From positions 352,001 through 416,000 of the forward strand of contig CAVZDU010000007.1 of the NCBI GenBank assembly GCA_963774265.1: a stretch of 64,000 nucleotides of DNA, in the 5' to 3' direction. Under the pieces are notes generated by a model, which was given only the letters and a program-made list of their open reading frames with translations, did not search any database and was not told the DNA's origin. The DNA comes from an uncultured Chloroflexia bacterium (GTDB lineage: Bacteria > Chloroflexota > Anaerolineae > CG2-30-64-16). Shown piece by piece: positions 10,076 through 21,277 of the stretch. The translations under genes were made by a program, and so were the position numbers. How positions within the stretch are numbered: position 1 is the stretch's first letter; each line of letters begins with the position of its first letter.

Positions 10076-13000
10076 TCAATAGTTGAAGGAAGTTTCCAAT
10101 TCGGCCAGCACGCGCGCCAGATCCAGGGCCCCCGGGTGGTCCGGGATCAGCTCCGAGACGTCCGGCAGCGGCGGTGGGTCAAGCAGGGTTTCGCCGGTCA
10201 GCTGCCGATACCTCTCCCGGCACTCTTCCGCGCCCGTCTCGGCGTGCTCCGAGCGATAGAATGCCGTCGTGGCGCTCCGTGAAGCATCATCTCCCGGCGC
10301 CAGCCGCCACAGTTCATAGTTCAGCTCAGCCTGCCGGTGTGGCGCGGTCTCATGGCGCAGCAGGTCCCGGAGCTCTGCGGCCGCCTCCGCCACCGAACTT
10401 TCGCCCAATGCACAGCGCAGTCGCACGCCCAGTAACCGCGCATCGAAGCGCGTGTCCTCGCCGGCCAGACGCTCACCCGCCACGCTGGAGATCTTGGCCA
10501 TCGCTTCGCCGTAGAAGTCGCGCGCCTCGGCGGCGCGGCCTCGCGTCAGCAACAGCCGCGCCAGGCTCACGAGCATCCCGGAGAGGTAGCTGGGAATTAC
10601 CAGGCGCTGTCCGAAGCCGATCGCCTTTCGATACAGCGATTCGGCCAGATCGACCCTCCCCAGGCGCTCGTTGACCGCAGCGAGTCCAGCGACGTTGAGG
10701 CAGGCGGTCCAGCGGTCGCCGATTTCCCAGGCGTTGCGCAGGCTGCGCTCGTATCCGGAGATGGCGCGCAGGTAGTCGCCGCGTTTCGCCAGGACCAGGG
10801 CGATGTTGGAGGCTGACCACGACAGAATCCGCCTGTCATCGATCTGCTTGGCAAGCACGCCTGCGTGCAGGTACCAGTACACGGCCTCGCCGAACCAGTG
10901 CTGCGAAGACCGGACATTCCCGAGGGTGATCGAGGCGCGCGTGATGATCTGCTGGTGCTCCAGCGGCCCGGCGATCCTGATGGCTTGCAGGCAACAGTCC
11001 GCGGACCGCTCCCAATCACCTTGGCTCCAATAAATCATGCCTGTGGTCTCCAGCGCCTCACAGATGCCGCGTTGGTCGCCGATCTCAGTGGCGATCTGTC
11101 GCTGTCGCTCCAACACGGCAAGTGCCTGTGGGTGGTCGCCTTTGAACCAGTAAATCTGGCCCATGGTCCAGAGCGCGCTGACCACGCCGCGCCACTCGCC
11201 TGTCGCCTTGAACCCTTGCTCAGCCCGGGCCAACCATTCCAACGCCTCATCATAGTACCCCAGAAGGTGCAGCACATCGGCCAAAGCGCGCTGGGCCTGC
11301 GCCAGTAAACGGGCGTCGTCCAAAACCTCGGCCTGGGCCATGACCTCCCGATTGAGGGTCTGCGCCCGGGCCCATCGCCCGGTCACCCGCCAGACCTCGG
11401 CTAGCGCTAGCCTCACCTCGCACGTGTCTGCGGCGGACAAGCCGGACCTGAGCTCGCCTTCCAGCAGGTGATGATATAGACGTACGGCCTCGTCGTTGGC
11501 ATAGATGCGTTGGGCGGCAGTCGCTGCCCGGCGATAGAACTTGATGGCCGGTTGCGTCTGACCAGCCTGCTCATAGTGGGCCGCGATCTGGCCGCTGAGC
11601 GCATCGAGGTCATTGTCGTGGAGCGACTCAAGAGCCTGAGCCACGCGCAAATGCACGCCGCGCCGGTGGATGGGGCTGATCTCGTCGCAGGCCACGGCGC
11701 GAATCCCGTCGTGGCTGAAGTCATACGAGTCGGCGCCTTGTTCGCGCACGAGCTGGCGTTGCCACAGTTCATCCAGGCCTTGGGCCACTGCTGTCGCGTC
11801 CTGGTCGCTGGCTTGGACCAACACGTCGAAGCTGAACCTGCGGCCGATCACCGCTGCTGTTTGCGCCAGCGTTTGTGCAACCGGCGAAAGCAGCGCCAGC
11901 CGCCACTGGATCATCGCGCGTACCTTGGGCGGCAGCCCCGAGGCGGGTCCCCCTGGCTCCGCGTCCCGCGCGAGTCCTGCCCGCGTCTCCCCACCCTGCG
12001 CGAGGCCTCCCAGCGTCTCCGCTTCTCCCTGTTGTCCCGCCTCTCTATCTCCCATGCCCGCGCGCACCATCTCGACCACGAACAGCGGATTGCCCTCGCT
12101 GTCGTGAAAAATCCGCTCTGCCTCCCCAGCCTCCACATTTCTCCCCGCGACACTGGCGGCCAGGCGAGCGGTATCCGTCGCGTCGAGCGGCACGAGGGGA
12201 ATCTCAGCCGACAGGCCGGCGCGCGTCAACGCCAATCGGGGCGCCGTCAGTGGGTGATCTGGACTCACTTCGTGCCCTCGCACCGTGGCCAGGATCAGCA
12301 AGGGCGCGTCATGGCTGTAGTGCAGGATGTAGCTGAGCCAATCCAGCGTCTCACGGTCGGCCCACTGCAAGTCATCGAGGAACAGCAGCCGCGGCGCACC
12401 TCTGCCTGGAGCAGGGCCGAGCATCGCGCGCGCCAATGCCTCGAACAAGCGCGTGCGCTGCCAGGGTTCGGTCAGCGGCCCGGGGGGTCTGAGGTGTGGA
12501 TGGTCGGTCAGCAGCGTAGGAAGGATGCGGGCGACTTCGACCAGCCAGACGTCATCCAGTCCGGCCAGGCTGGGCCGAAAGGACGGATCGCTCAACCACT
12601 CGGCGACCGGTGCATACGCCAGCCCGCCGATGCCAGCCTGGGGGTAGCAGTGCGCCGCGGCTGTTGTGGCGCCCTGCCGCGCCACCCAGGAATGCAATTC
12701 CTCGGCCAGGCGCGTCTTGCCGATGCCGGCTTCGCCCGTCAGCAGAAGCATCTGCGGACGGCCTGCAGCAGAGGCATGCCAGGCGTCAAGCAGGCGCGCC
12801 CACTCGGCCTTCCGTCCGACCAGCGGAAGATCCGCGGGCTGCGCTTGGGGCGATCGACCGGGGATTGCAAGACCAGGTCGGTCTTCCATGCTGATCAATC
12901 GCTCGTAAATGTTTCGTGTCGCGCGGCCGGGCGCGGCGTCGAACTCCCGTTTCAGCATCGTCTCGCAGGCGTTATAGACGCGCCGGGCATCCGCCCGCTC

Positions 13001-13684
13001 ACCCAGGGCCAGGTGGAGGCGCATCAGGTGGCGATAGGCGGGCTCGTGGAGCGGATCGTGTTGCAGCAGGCGCTTCGCGTATGGGATAGCTCGGCCGTAA
13101 TCGCGCTCTTCCTCAAGCAGCAGAACCAGTCGCTCGAGGGCATCGCCGCAGGTTTGATGCACACGCTCGCGTAGGGGAAGGGTCCAATCGTCGTAGCAAT
13201 CGGGAAGCAAATCACCCGTGTAAGCGGCGACCGCGGCCGCGAATGCGCTCACAGCCGCAGCGCGCTCACCACTTGCTTCCGCCTCGGCCGCCTGGTGCAT
13301 GGCTGCTTCGAACTCCGCCACATCCAGTGTCAAGGGCGCGTCCCGGCGCCACTGGATGGTCTGGGCTGTGATCTCGATTGAGTGGTCCGAATCCGGCAGC
13401 GCATGGCGGAGCCGGGTGAGCAGCGTGCGGAAGTTCTTGAGGGCCTGCTGGTCCGGAGAGTCCGGCCAGAAAACGAAGGCAAGTTGCTGCCGGGAGATCG
13501 GAGCAGCTCGATGTAGCACGAGATAAGCCAGCAACTGCTGGAGGCGCGCCTGGTCGAAGCCGGCGACGGGCTGGCCGCCCTGGCGCAGGTGAAATGGACC
13601 GAGCAGTTGGAGGTGAAGGCGCGCGTCTGGCATCTGTCTGCATCCGCAGTACGGCTCACCGCGCTGCGTGTTCCGATCTCTCAC
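10076..13684 (-). CDS. SARP/BTAD - AAA (STAND) ATPase - TPR transcriptional regulator
   Basis: LQLLGPF...LLAYLVLH DNA-binding region, DPLHEPAYRHLM (BTAD), Walker A GEAGIGKT, Walker B LLFLDDLQWAD, GNPLF, C-terminal TPRs. True start may be the ATG at 13633. Confidence 0.92.
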   Translation of the reverse strand: MRDRNTQRGEPYCGCRQMPDARLHLQLLGPFHLRQGGQPVAGFDQARLQQLLAYLVLHRAAPISRQQLAFVFWPDSPDQQALKNFRTLLTRLRHALPDSDHSIEITAQTIQWRRDAPLTLDVAEFEAAMHQAAEAEASGERAAAVSAFAAAVAAYTGDLLPDCYDDWTLPLRERVHQTCGDALERLVLLLEEERDYGRAIPYAKRLLQHDPLHEPAYRHLMRLHLALGERADARRVYNACETMLKREFDAAPGRATRNIYERLISMEDRPGLAIPGRSPQAQPADLPLVGRKAEWARLLDAWHASAAGRPQMLLLTGEAGIGKTRLAEELHSWVARQGATTAAAHCYPQAGIGGLAYAPVAEWLSDPSFRPSLAGLDDVWLVEVARILPTLLTDHPHLRPPGPLTEPWQRTRLFEALARAMLGPAPGRGAPRLLFLDDLQWADRETLDWLSYILHYSHDAPLLILATVRGHEVSPDHPLTAPRLALTRAGLSAEIPLVPLDATDTARLAASVAGRNVEAGEAERIFHDSEGNPLFVVEMVRAGMGDREAGQQGEAETLGGLAQGGETRAGLARDAEPGGPASGLPPKVRAMIQWRLALLSPVAQTLAQTAAVIGRRFSFDVLVQASDQDATAVAQGLDELWQRQLVREQGADSYDFSHDGIRAVACDEISPIHRRGVHLRVAQALESLHDNDLDALSGQIAAHYEQAGQTQPAIKFYRRAATAAQRIYANDEAVRLYHHLLEGELRSGLSAADTCEVRLALAEVWRVTGRWARAQTLNREVMAQAEVLDDARLLAQAQRALADVLHLLGYYDEALEWLARAEQGFKATGEWRGVVSALWTMGQIYWFKGDHPQALAVLERQRQIATEIGDQRGICEALETTGMIYWSQGDWERSADCCLQAIRIAGPLEHQQIITRASITLGNVRSSQHWFGEAVYWYLHAGVLAKQIDDRRILSWSASNIALVLAKRGDYLRAISGYERSLRNAWEIGDRWTACLNVAGLAAVNERLGRVDLAESLYRKAIGFGQRLVIPSYLSGMLVSLARLLLTRGRAAEARDFYGEAMAKISSVAGERLAGEDTRFDARLLGVRLRCALGESSVAEAAAELRDLLRHETAPHRQAELNYELWRLAPGDDASRSATTAFYRSEHAETGAEECRERYRQLTGETLLDPPPLPDVSELIPDHPGALDLARVLAELETSFNY

Positions 13685-13830
13685 ATTATCCCACGGAGAC
13701 GCCCGACTGACAAAGCGTCTTGTGATGAGGAGGATTTCGCGCTGGGGGCGGAAGCCGGTATACTAAACAAATCGCAGATTGGGAATAAAGTGCTGCGAGA
13801 TTTTTTTGTTCTTTGGGAAGGAAGAAGGCG

Positions 13831-14202
13831 ATGCGAGATGTCGCGTGGGTGCTTTCGATCGTATTGGCGGTTATCTTCCTGGTGGTTGGTTACATCATGG
13901 CCTACCGTTATGAGCAGGCCAAGAAGTCCCTCCCGTGGGTCAACGAGCTGCCGGAGATCATTGTCAAGATTCTTGGCGGCCTGCAGATCCTGAGCGCCAT
14001 CGGGCTCATCGCGCCGATGTTCTTCCCAGAGTACGCCTGGATGACGGCCCTGGTGGCCAGCGCAATGGCCATGCTCATGTCGATGGCGGTGGCCTTTCAT
14101 ATACGGCGGCACGATTCCGATACAGCCTGGCTGAGTGGGCTGCTGGCAGTCATGGCGCTAGTCGTGGCCTATGCCCGCTGGACGACGACCAGGATGCCGT
14201 AG
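13831..14202 (+). CDS. DoxX family membrane protein
   Basis: Four hydrophobic segments; LPWV...GGLQILSAIGLIAP...MAVAFHIRR. Confidence 0.85.
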   Translation: MRDVAWVLSIVLAVIFLVVGYIMAYRYEQAKKSLPWVNELPEIIVKILGGLQILSAIGLIAPMFFPEYAWMTALVASAMAMLMSMAVAFHIRRHDSDTAWLSGLLAVMALVVAYARWTTTRMP

Positions 14203-14343
14203 TGGATCTGTTGCGTTTTTCACCTGGCATATGTGTTTTAGACCGACCCCCCTTGAGTGCGGCCCGGGCCCGCGCCTCCGCGACGTGGGCGACCTTCCTG
14301 ATGCGCGGCCAGCCGTCCGACGGGCTGATCCAGGTGCAGGCGG

Positions 14344-14712
14344 TCAAGTTCGTCCTTTGCTACGCGTGCCTAACGGCGAGCCGACACCGACACTTGGGCG
14401 CGGCACGCAATGCGCTGTGATCCAATCCTCCAGCCGTGTGAGTGCCAATGGGTAGCGGCGCAGCAGGGGCGCGGCGTCGAAGGTTGTGTCGTGGGTGTCT
14501 TCATACAAGGCCAAGGCCATCACCTGGCTCAGGCCGGGGTGCAGCGGTCGGAGGAGCGGTGACATGACCCGCAGCAACCCGCGGGGGACGTGAGACACCT
14601 TCGCCGGTCGGCCGGCGACCCGCTCGAACAGCGCCACCACCTCGTTGTTGGTCAGCTTGTTCTCCGGCGGTCCGCCAATCTCAATCGTCTGGCCAACGGC
14701 CTGTGGGTCATC
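14344..14712 (-). pseudogene. C-terminal fragment of an NmrA/SDR NAD(P)-binding protein
   Basis: DDPQAVGQTIEIGGP..LTNNEVVALFERVAGRPAKVSHVP; no Rossmann N-terminus. Confidence 0.65.
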
Positions 14713-14719
14713 CCAGACT

Positions 14720-14970
14720 ATCACAGCGCCAGGATGACCAGGGCAAACGCGCCCACCAGCTTGATGAAAAAGCTACGCGGCACCGACTTCCCCCGCCAGC
14801 TTGTAGCCCACCCCGTAGATCGTGAGGATTAGCGCGGGTTCTTCGAATCGGGCTCGATCTTGGCCCTGATGTTGCGGATGTGCACGTCTAGGGTCCGGTC
14901 GAAGCCTTCCAGGGGGCTATCCTGGATCTGCTGGAGCAGTTGCGCCCGCGGAAAGGTGCGCCCCGGGGCG
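14720..14970 (-). pseudogene. Remnant of an OmpR/BaeR response-regulator C-terminus plus a BaeS-like kinase N-terminus
   Basis: Manual translation gives APGRTFPRAQLL...FDRTLDVHIRNIRAKIEPDSKNPR(Y)ILTIYGVGYKL, then VPRSFFIKLVGAFALVILAL*. Confidence 0.75.
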
Positions 14971-15129
14971 ATACCGCCACTCTGCAATACTTCTGAGGCG
15001 GCGACTTCGCCATAGCGCCAGATTGTTAAGAAGTTGTTTGGATCTGCCCAAGAGGCCGTGAAAGTAAGGGTTGCCTTCGGGGCTGGTGCCAGGCGATTCA
15101 GATTCCCAGCGCCCGCTGCCTTGCCCCGC

Positions 15130-15507
15130 TCATTCGACGATCAGCTTGCCGCGCAGCATCCCCATCTGGCATTGGAAGCCATACTCGCCCGGCTTGTCCG
15201 GTGTGAACTCCACCGCGACCTCCTCGCCTTCGGGCAGCTTAGCGCTCTGGTTGAAGTCCGGGAAGAGCACCGTCTCGGAGCAGCTTGCGCTTTCTTGGCG
15301 GGTGAAGCGCAGACGCACCGGCTGCCCGGCCTTGACCACGATGACATCGGGCGTGTAGCCGCCCTTGACGGTGACCGCGACCTCTTGGACGCCACCCGCG
15401 CCGGCCGCGACGCGGGTCTGGCCTTTCGGCGCGAACCAGAAGAACCAGGCGATGAAGCCGCTGAGGGCAATCCCGGCCAACGTGACGATGATTTGACTTG
15501 CAGTCAT
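15130..15507 (-). CDS. Cupredoxin domain protein (CupA-like)
   Basis: N-terminal TM, VKGGYTPDVIVVKAG, ASCSE, FQCQMGMLRG; directly downstream of copA. Confidence 0.9.
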   Translation of the reverse strand: MTASQIIVTLAGIALSGFIAWFFWFAPKGQTRVAAGAGGVQEVAVTVKGGYTPDVIVVKAGQPVRLRFTRQESASCSETVLFPDFNQSAKLPEGEEVAVEFTPDKPGEYGFQCQMGMLRGKLIVE

Positions 15508-15527
15508 GATATGTATACTCCTTTGCC

Positions 15528-18211
15528 CTAGCGGGCGCTGAAGCGCGGCTTGAAGGCCCGCAGGCGGTTGGCGTTGCTCACCACGGTCACGCTGGAGAAG
15601 GCCATCGCGGCCCCGGCGATCAACGGGCTGAGCAAGATGCCGAAGAAGGGATAGAGCAGCCCCATCGCCACCGGCAGGCCCAACACGTTGTAGATGAACG
15701 CGCCGACCAGGTTCTGCTTGATGTTGCGCATGGTCGCCCGGCTGACCTCGATGGCCGTGACCACCCCGCGCAGGCTGCCTTTGATCAGGGTGATATCGGA
15801 CGCCTCGATGGCGACGTCCGTGCCGGTGCCGATCGCCAGGCCCACGTCGGCCTGCGCCAGCGCCGGCGCGTCGTTGATGCCGTCGCCCACCATCGCGACC
15901 TTCTTGCCTTCCGCCTGCAGCAGGTGGACGTTGTGCGCCTTGTCCTCCGGCAGCACCTCGGCCAGCACGCGATCCACGCCCACTTGCCGGGCGATGGCCT
16001 CGGCCGTGCGGCGGTTGTCGCCGGTGATCATCACCACCTCGATGCCCATGCGGTGCAGCGCCGCGATGGCTTCGGCTGAGTCGGCCTTCACGGTATCGGC
16101 CACGGCGACGATGCCGGCGGCCTGGCCGTCCACCGCGACGTACATCGGCGTCTTGCCCTCATCCGCCAACTCCGCGGCCTGGCTCTCCAGACTCCGTCCT
16201 GAGTCGCCGAGGCGTCCAGGGCGACCCTCGCGTTGCATCAGCTTGAGGTTGCCGATCGCCAGTTTGTGACCTTCGACGGTCGCCAGCACGCCATGGCCGG
16301 GGACAGCCTCGAACGCCGTCGGCTCGGTCAAGGTCAGGTTGCGCGCCTTGGCGCCTTCGACGATGGCCTCAGCCAGCGGGTGCTCCGACGACCGTTCCAC
16401 CGCCGCCACCAGGCGCAGCAGATCGTCGGCCAGCCATGCACCGGCCACAGCTACATCGGTCAGTTCCGGCTTGCCCTTGGTGATCGTGCCGGTCTTGTCC
16501 AACACCACGGTCTTGATCGCCTGGGCGGTCTGCAAGGCTTCACCGGAGCGGATCAGGATGCCATTTTCGGCGCCCTTGCCGATGCCGACCATCAGGCTCA
16601 TCGGCGTCGCCAGGCCCAGCGCGCAGGGGCAGGCGATGATCAGCACGGTCACGCTCGTGACCAGCGCGTACACCAACTGCGGCTGCGGGCCGAAGTTGAA
16701 CCAGACGACGAAGGTCAGCACGGCCAGGATCATCACGATGGGCACGAAGTAGCCGGAGATCGTGTCGGCCAGGCGGGCGATGGGCGCTTTGCTGTTCTGC
16801 GCGTCCTGCACCATCTTGACGATCTGCGCCAGGGCCGTGTCCTTGCCGACCTTGGTCGTGCGGAACTTGAACGCGCCGGTCTTGTTCAGCGTGGCGCCGA
16901 TCGACTTCATCGCCCGCCCTCTTGCTGACCGGCAGCGACTCGCCGGTGAGCATGGACTCGTCCACCGCCGAGCTGCCTTCCAGGATCACGCCGTCCACGG
17001 GCACCTTTTCGCCGGGGCGCACCTGCACCACATCGCCGACCAGCACTTCCTCGACCGGGATGTCAAGCTCCTGGCCGTCGCGGATCACGCGGGCGGTCTT
17101 GGCCTGCAGCCCCATCAGCTTCTTGATGGCCTCGCTGGTGCGGCCCTTGGCGCGCAATTCGAGCGCCTGGCCCAGCACCACCAGCGCGATCACCACGGCC
17201 ACCACGTCGTAGAACGGCTCCGAGGTGCCCTCGGGGAAGAGGCGTGGAAACAAGATGGCGACGGTCGAGTAGAGCCAGGCCGCGCCGGTGCCGAGCGCGA
17301 TCAGGGTGTTCATGTTGGCCGCGCGGTGCTTGAGCGCGGCCCACGCGCCGGTGAAGAAATGGCCGCCCGACCAGACCAGCACGGGCAGGGTCAGCAGCGC
17401 CGCAGCCAGCCACGCCAGGCGCAAGGTCGCCATGCTCCAGTCGCGCACGAACGGGATGTACTGCGGATAGGCCGTGATCAGCACCGGCAGCGAGATGATG
17501 GCGGCAAAAAGGAACTTACGGAACAGGCTGCGGTATTCGCGGTCATGCTCCGCCTCTTGCTTGTCGACCGGCTCCTCGCTCGCGGCCGGCCGGGCCTGGT
17601 AGCCCCAGTCCTCGATGACGTCGTGCAGTTGCGCCAGGGTGGTTTGCTGGGGCAGGTACGCGATAGTGGCTTCCTGGGTGCCGACGTTGACGGACGCGCT
17701 CGAGCACGCCCGGCGTCGCGCGCAGGTCGTCCTCGATGAAGCCGACGCACGAGGCGCAGCGCAGGTCCTCGATACCGATGCGGGTCTGCGCGCCGCCGGC
17801 CCGGAAACCGGCCGGCCGGAGGCCGCGGCCAGGGCCGCGGTGGTCGTGCGCTGCGGATCGTACTCGACCGTGACCACGCCCGCGCCGGCGTTCGCATGTG
17901 CGCTGCGCACGCCCGGTACGCCAGCCGCGGCGGCCTCCACGGCGCGGCCGTCGCCCTCCCGCTGTCAGCCCCAGCACCGGCAGCTCGATGCGCGCCAACG
18001 GCAGGTCGGGGTTGAAGCCGGTCGTGGCAGAGCCGGCCGGCAACGAGGCTTCCGTCACAGCCAGTTCTGCGTGGGTGTAGCGGTGCGGGTCGGCATCGAA
18101 CTTTTCGACGCAATTGGGTGAGCAAAAGTAAAACGTCTGTCCCATGCGCTCGCGGCTGGCGGCCGCGTCCCGGGGTTCGATATCCATGCCGCAAACAAGG
18201 TCTCTGACCAT
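15528..18211 (-). CDS. copA: Copper-translocating P1B-type ATPase with N-terminal YHS and HMA domains (about 4 frameshifts)
   Basis: [53 protein letters not shown] and MAFSS motifs across the joined frames. Confidence 0.9.
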
Positions 18212-18379
18212 GGTACAAGTCCCTTTCTCAGCGCCTTTGCGCCCAATGCCATGATAGCAGATCCAGCCCCCCGGCACACGCGCAGATTTATGGGCATTGA
18301 CACGCGCCGAACGGCCTGTTATCGTTGGGCATACCAGAACTCCAGTCGTGCCGTCTGGACTCCGCGCCAACCCAGTAAC

Positions 18380-18413
18380 AAAAAAGGCGGGAGATCCACC
18401 GATCCCCCGCCTT
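18380..18413 (-). terminator. Rho-independent terminator after the small YHS gene
   Basis: Minus strand AAGGCGGGGGATC-GGTG-GATCTCCCGCCTT followed by a T run. Confidence 0.75.
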
Positions 18414-18436
18414 CACGGCACCTGCCTCCAGGCACG

Positions 18437-18610
18437 CTAGTGCTTGTGCGTGCCGTGTTCCTCTGCCTTGCCGGCGTACTTGGCCGGCTCCTTGTCGAAT
18501 GCCTTCTTGCAACCGGCCGAGCAGAAGTAGTACGTCTGCCCCTGGTAGTCGGACTGGCCGGCGGCCTGCTTGGGATCTACGTCCATGCCACACACGGGAT
18601 CTTTAACCAT
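18437..18610 (-). CDS. YHS domain protein
   Basis: MVKDPVCGMDV...YYFCSAGCKKAFDKEPAKY, His-rich tail. Confidence 0.9.
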   Translation of the reverse strand: MVKDPVCGMDVDPKQAAGQSDYQGQTYYFCSAGCKKAFDKEPAKYAGKAEEHGTHKH

Positions 18611-18714
18611 GGGAACCTTCCTTTCCAGATTTGAACCTGCGTGTGAGGGCATTCGCTCTGGTGACCAAGCCAGCTCGAATACTTCACGCGCGCAAAGTCA
18701 TACTACCACGGGGA

Positions 18715-18981
18715 TCATCGTATGTGCAGCGCCAAATGCTGTGTCGTGAGCAAGCCCACGTCCAGGTTGGCCGAGCGCGCACGATGAGCGAGCGGGGGAT
18801 TGCACGCGCCCAGGATCACATAACGGCGGAAGTCCGCGTTGATTTTCTGCTTCAGTGTGGCCTTCACGTCAATCTGCGTCAACACGCCGAAGCCTTCTGC
18901 TTTGAGCGCATGGGTTGTTTTCCGGACGGCTTGCTCGTAGGGCAGGTTGATTCTAGCGCGCATACCAATATTAATCACCAT
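18715..18981 (-). pseudogene. DUF302 domain protein, 3'-truncated
   Basis: LKAEGFGVLTQIDV...YVILGACNPPLAHRA; homology is lost at VGLL, before the expected LPC motif. Confidence 0.75.
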
Positions 18982-18996
18982 AGGGATTCTTCCTTA

Positions 18997-19554
18997 TCAG
19001 GGTAGTGTTTTGAGGTAGACGATCACGTCGGCCAGATCATCGTCGCTGATTGTCCAGCGCGGCATGTCCAATTTCAACTGCGTGCCGTCGGGATCTTGAC
19101 CCTTCACTACCGCCAGGCGGAACTTTTCGAGATCGAATTCGCCCTGCAAGACCGACCAGCGAATGTCCTTGGCGTCCATCACTTGATTCATGCCCATGCG
19201 GTGTACGCCGCCACGCCCATCCGTGCCGTGGCATGAGGCGCACGCCAGTTGCCCGCTCCCCATCATCCAGCCGCTCGACGCTGGGCCGCCCGAGTAGGTG
19301 ACGGCCGTACCGCGTTCACTCGTGGCGGTGAAATAGATGCGTTCACCGTTCGAACGAAAGGCCCCCGCCCCCCAGGCAGTTCCACCAGACATCATCCCCT
19401 GTCCCGCGCCTGCGCTAGGCCCCGGTGATCCAGTGGTTCCACCAAGCCCCACGCCAGGTCCCGTTGCCCCGTTGGATGGCGTACAGCCTGCGAGCCACAG
19501 AGCCGTCACGACGAGTAATACGATGGCAATCGCTGGTTTTGTGTTCATAGTCAC
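18997..19554 (-). CDS. c-type cytochrome lipoprotein
   Basis: Lipobox LAGC, heme motif CASCH, distal MPRW. Confidence 0.88.
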   Translation of the reverse strand: MTMNTKPAIAIVLLVVTALWLAGCTPSNGATGPGVGLGGTTGSPGPSAGAGQGMMSGGTAWGAGAFRSNGERIYFTATSERGTAVTYSGGPASSGWMMGSGQLACASCHGTDGRGGVHRMGMNQVMDAKDIRWSVLQGEFDLEKFRLAVVKGQDPDGTQLKLDMPRWTISDDDLADVIVYLKTLP

Positions 19555-19638
19555 AAATTCACCTCCATCACCCCTTCACGCTCGTCCAGCAGACCCACCG
19601 GAGTAGCCGCGCGCATCCTGGACACCCGCACACCTGCT

Positions 19639-19968
19639 TCAACCTCGCTCTAGACAGAGTGTTGTGGATAGTAACAGCATAGCCGAAGGGATCAGCCCTG
19701 TCATCAGCGCAAACGATAGACCCGGTATAGCAAAAAGGCCGCTTATCTTGGCGGCCCCTTCAACTTCTATCGTACGATGTTTGGCGCCGACCTGGTTGGC
19801 CGGCGGCGCCGCGATGAGCTGTGAGTAGGTGGCTATGGCGATGATGCCGAGCAGCATGCCCAGAAGCAACCACGCTACAGCGGTCCAACGCGGAGCAGAG
19901 ACTGACCCGGCTGGGGATGTGGATATCACGGTGTCCGATGCTGTCGAGACGGATTCTTCATCGGTCAT
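19639..19968 (-). pseudogene. Probable N-terminal fragment of a membrane-anchored protein
   Basis: The ATG overlaps the stop of the upstream gene; one TM, then sequence that does not look coding. Confidence 0.35.
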
Positions 19969-20749
19969 GCGATTACCCATCCTTGAGGCTCGTCGTCTTC
20001 TAGCGTGAACGATCCAGCGCGGCGCAGCGACCTGTCCACGAAGGGCAGCAGCCAGAAGATCAGGCCGAACGCGGCCAGCAGGCCGGTGACCAGCCGCGCC
20101 AGGGAGTTGAAGGAACCCCAGGCATCCCCGGCGTAGAAAGTCGGCGGCAACAGGTTGCCGGTCAGGACGGCCAGCCAGGCGTTGCTCTGCCGAAAGCCGG
20201 CGGTCACGCCCCACAGATCGCTGAGCATGTGCGTGCCACCGTCCAGGGCCATCGGCAACATCAGCAACAGGGCTGCCTGCCAACGCAGTCCCCGGCCAAT
20301 CGGCCGCAACCTGCGCACCCGGCCGCGCAGCAGGCCGTAGAGCAGAGCGAACAGGAACCACCCGCCGTAGAAGCTTACCATCCGGTCACTCCAGGCGAGC
20401 TTCCAGCCCAGCCCCGGCGTGCCGAGGAAATGGCGCAATGCGAAAAAGTCGGCGCTCGGCGCCGCTCACCGCCCGGATCTCGGCCAGCGAGGGCGTGAAA
20501 CTCGGGCCGAACAGGAACCAGGAGCGCTGCGGCAGTTGGTGGCAGAACAGGCTATAGATGTAGTAGATCCACCAGGCTGGCCGGTACCAACCCAGGTGCA
20601 TCAAGACCGGCGCCAGCCAGGGCAGGAGCGTCCAGATGCCCAGAACCAGGCCGACAAAGAGCAACCAGTGCCGGAGCAATCCCTGGACGAAGCGATCTAC
20701 CCCTGCGGCCAGGGGGGAAGTTGGAGCTGGTGGAGGAGATAGCTGTCAT
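19965..20749 (-). CDS. DUF2085 membrane protein (frameshifted)
   Basis: PWLAPVLM, FCHQLPQRSWF and PMALDGGTH across ORFs 20386-20679 and 19965-20438. Confidence 0.82.
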
Positions 20750-20805
20750 CGTGTCACTCCTGTGTGCGTTCCGGCCAAGACTCCCTGATTTGGCCGGAAC
20801 GCTCT

Positions 20806-21255
20806 CTAATACACGGTGGCCGGAACAGCCCGCGCCGGGCTACGCTTGAGCCGTAGCACCCAGACGACCGCCACCAGGTAGCCGGCGTAGGCCAGGACTG
20901 CGGTCAGGGAAGGCACAGGGTCGTAGCCGAAGAGAGTCTTCAGTAACTGGCTGCGAGCGGAATTCGCGGGCAAGACGGCACCGAGGTTCCAGACCGGATC
21001 AACCCGGCCCGGCAGCACGGTCGCCTCCACCAATTCATGCACGCCGAGCGCCACCATCCCGGCGGCAAAGGCCAGTAGGAGGACGCCGCTGACACCGAAG
21101 GAACGCTTGAGGTCGCGACGCACAACCCCCGCGGAGCGCAGCACGCCCAACGCCACGGCCGCCTCCAGACCAGGGGCGGTCCCGATCAGCACCGAGGCCG
21201 TCCCAGTGTGGAAGGCGGCGGCGACCAACAGCAGGGCGAGCTCGATCCCTTCGCG
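20806..21255 (-). pseudogene. FTR1/EfeU iron permease, C-terminal fragment
   Basis: REGIE motif, GVHELVEA, LFGYDPVPS; N-terminal half absent. Confidence 0.75.
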
Positions 21256-21277
21256 CCTCCTGAAGATCCCTGATTTG

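Noticed and set aside
10076-13684. STAND ATPase-TPR protein as an Avs/NLR-like anti-phage system
   Set aside because: The N-terminus is a SARP DNA-binding plus BTAD module, not a nuclease/TIR/SIR2 effector; this is an ordinary regulator architecture.
18698-18724. Possible CsoR operator upstream of the YHS/copA genes
   Set aside because: TACTACCACGGGGATC is only a poor palindrome, and no csoR gene is in the window.
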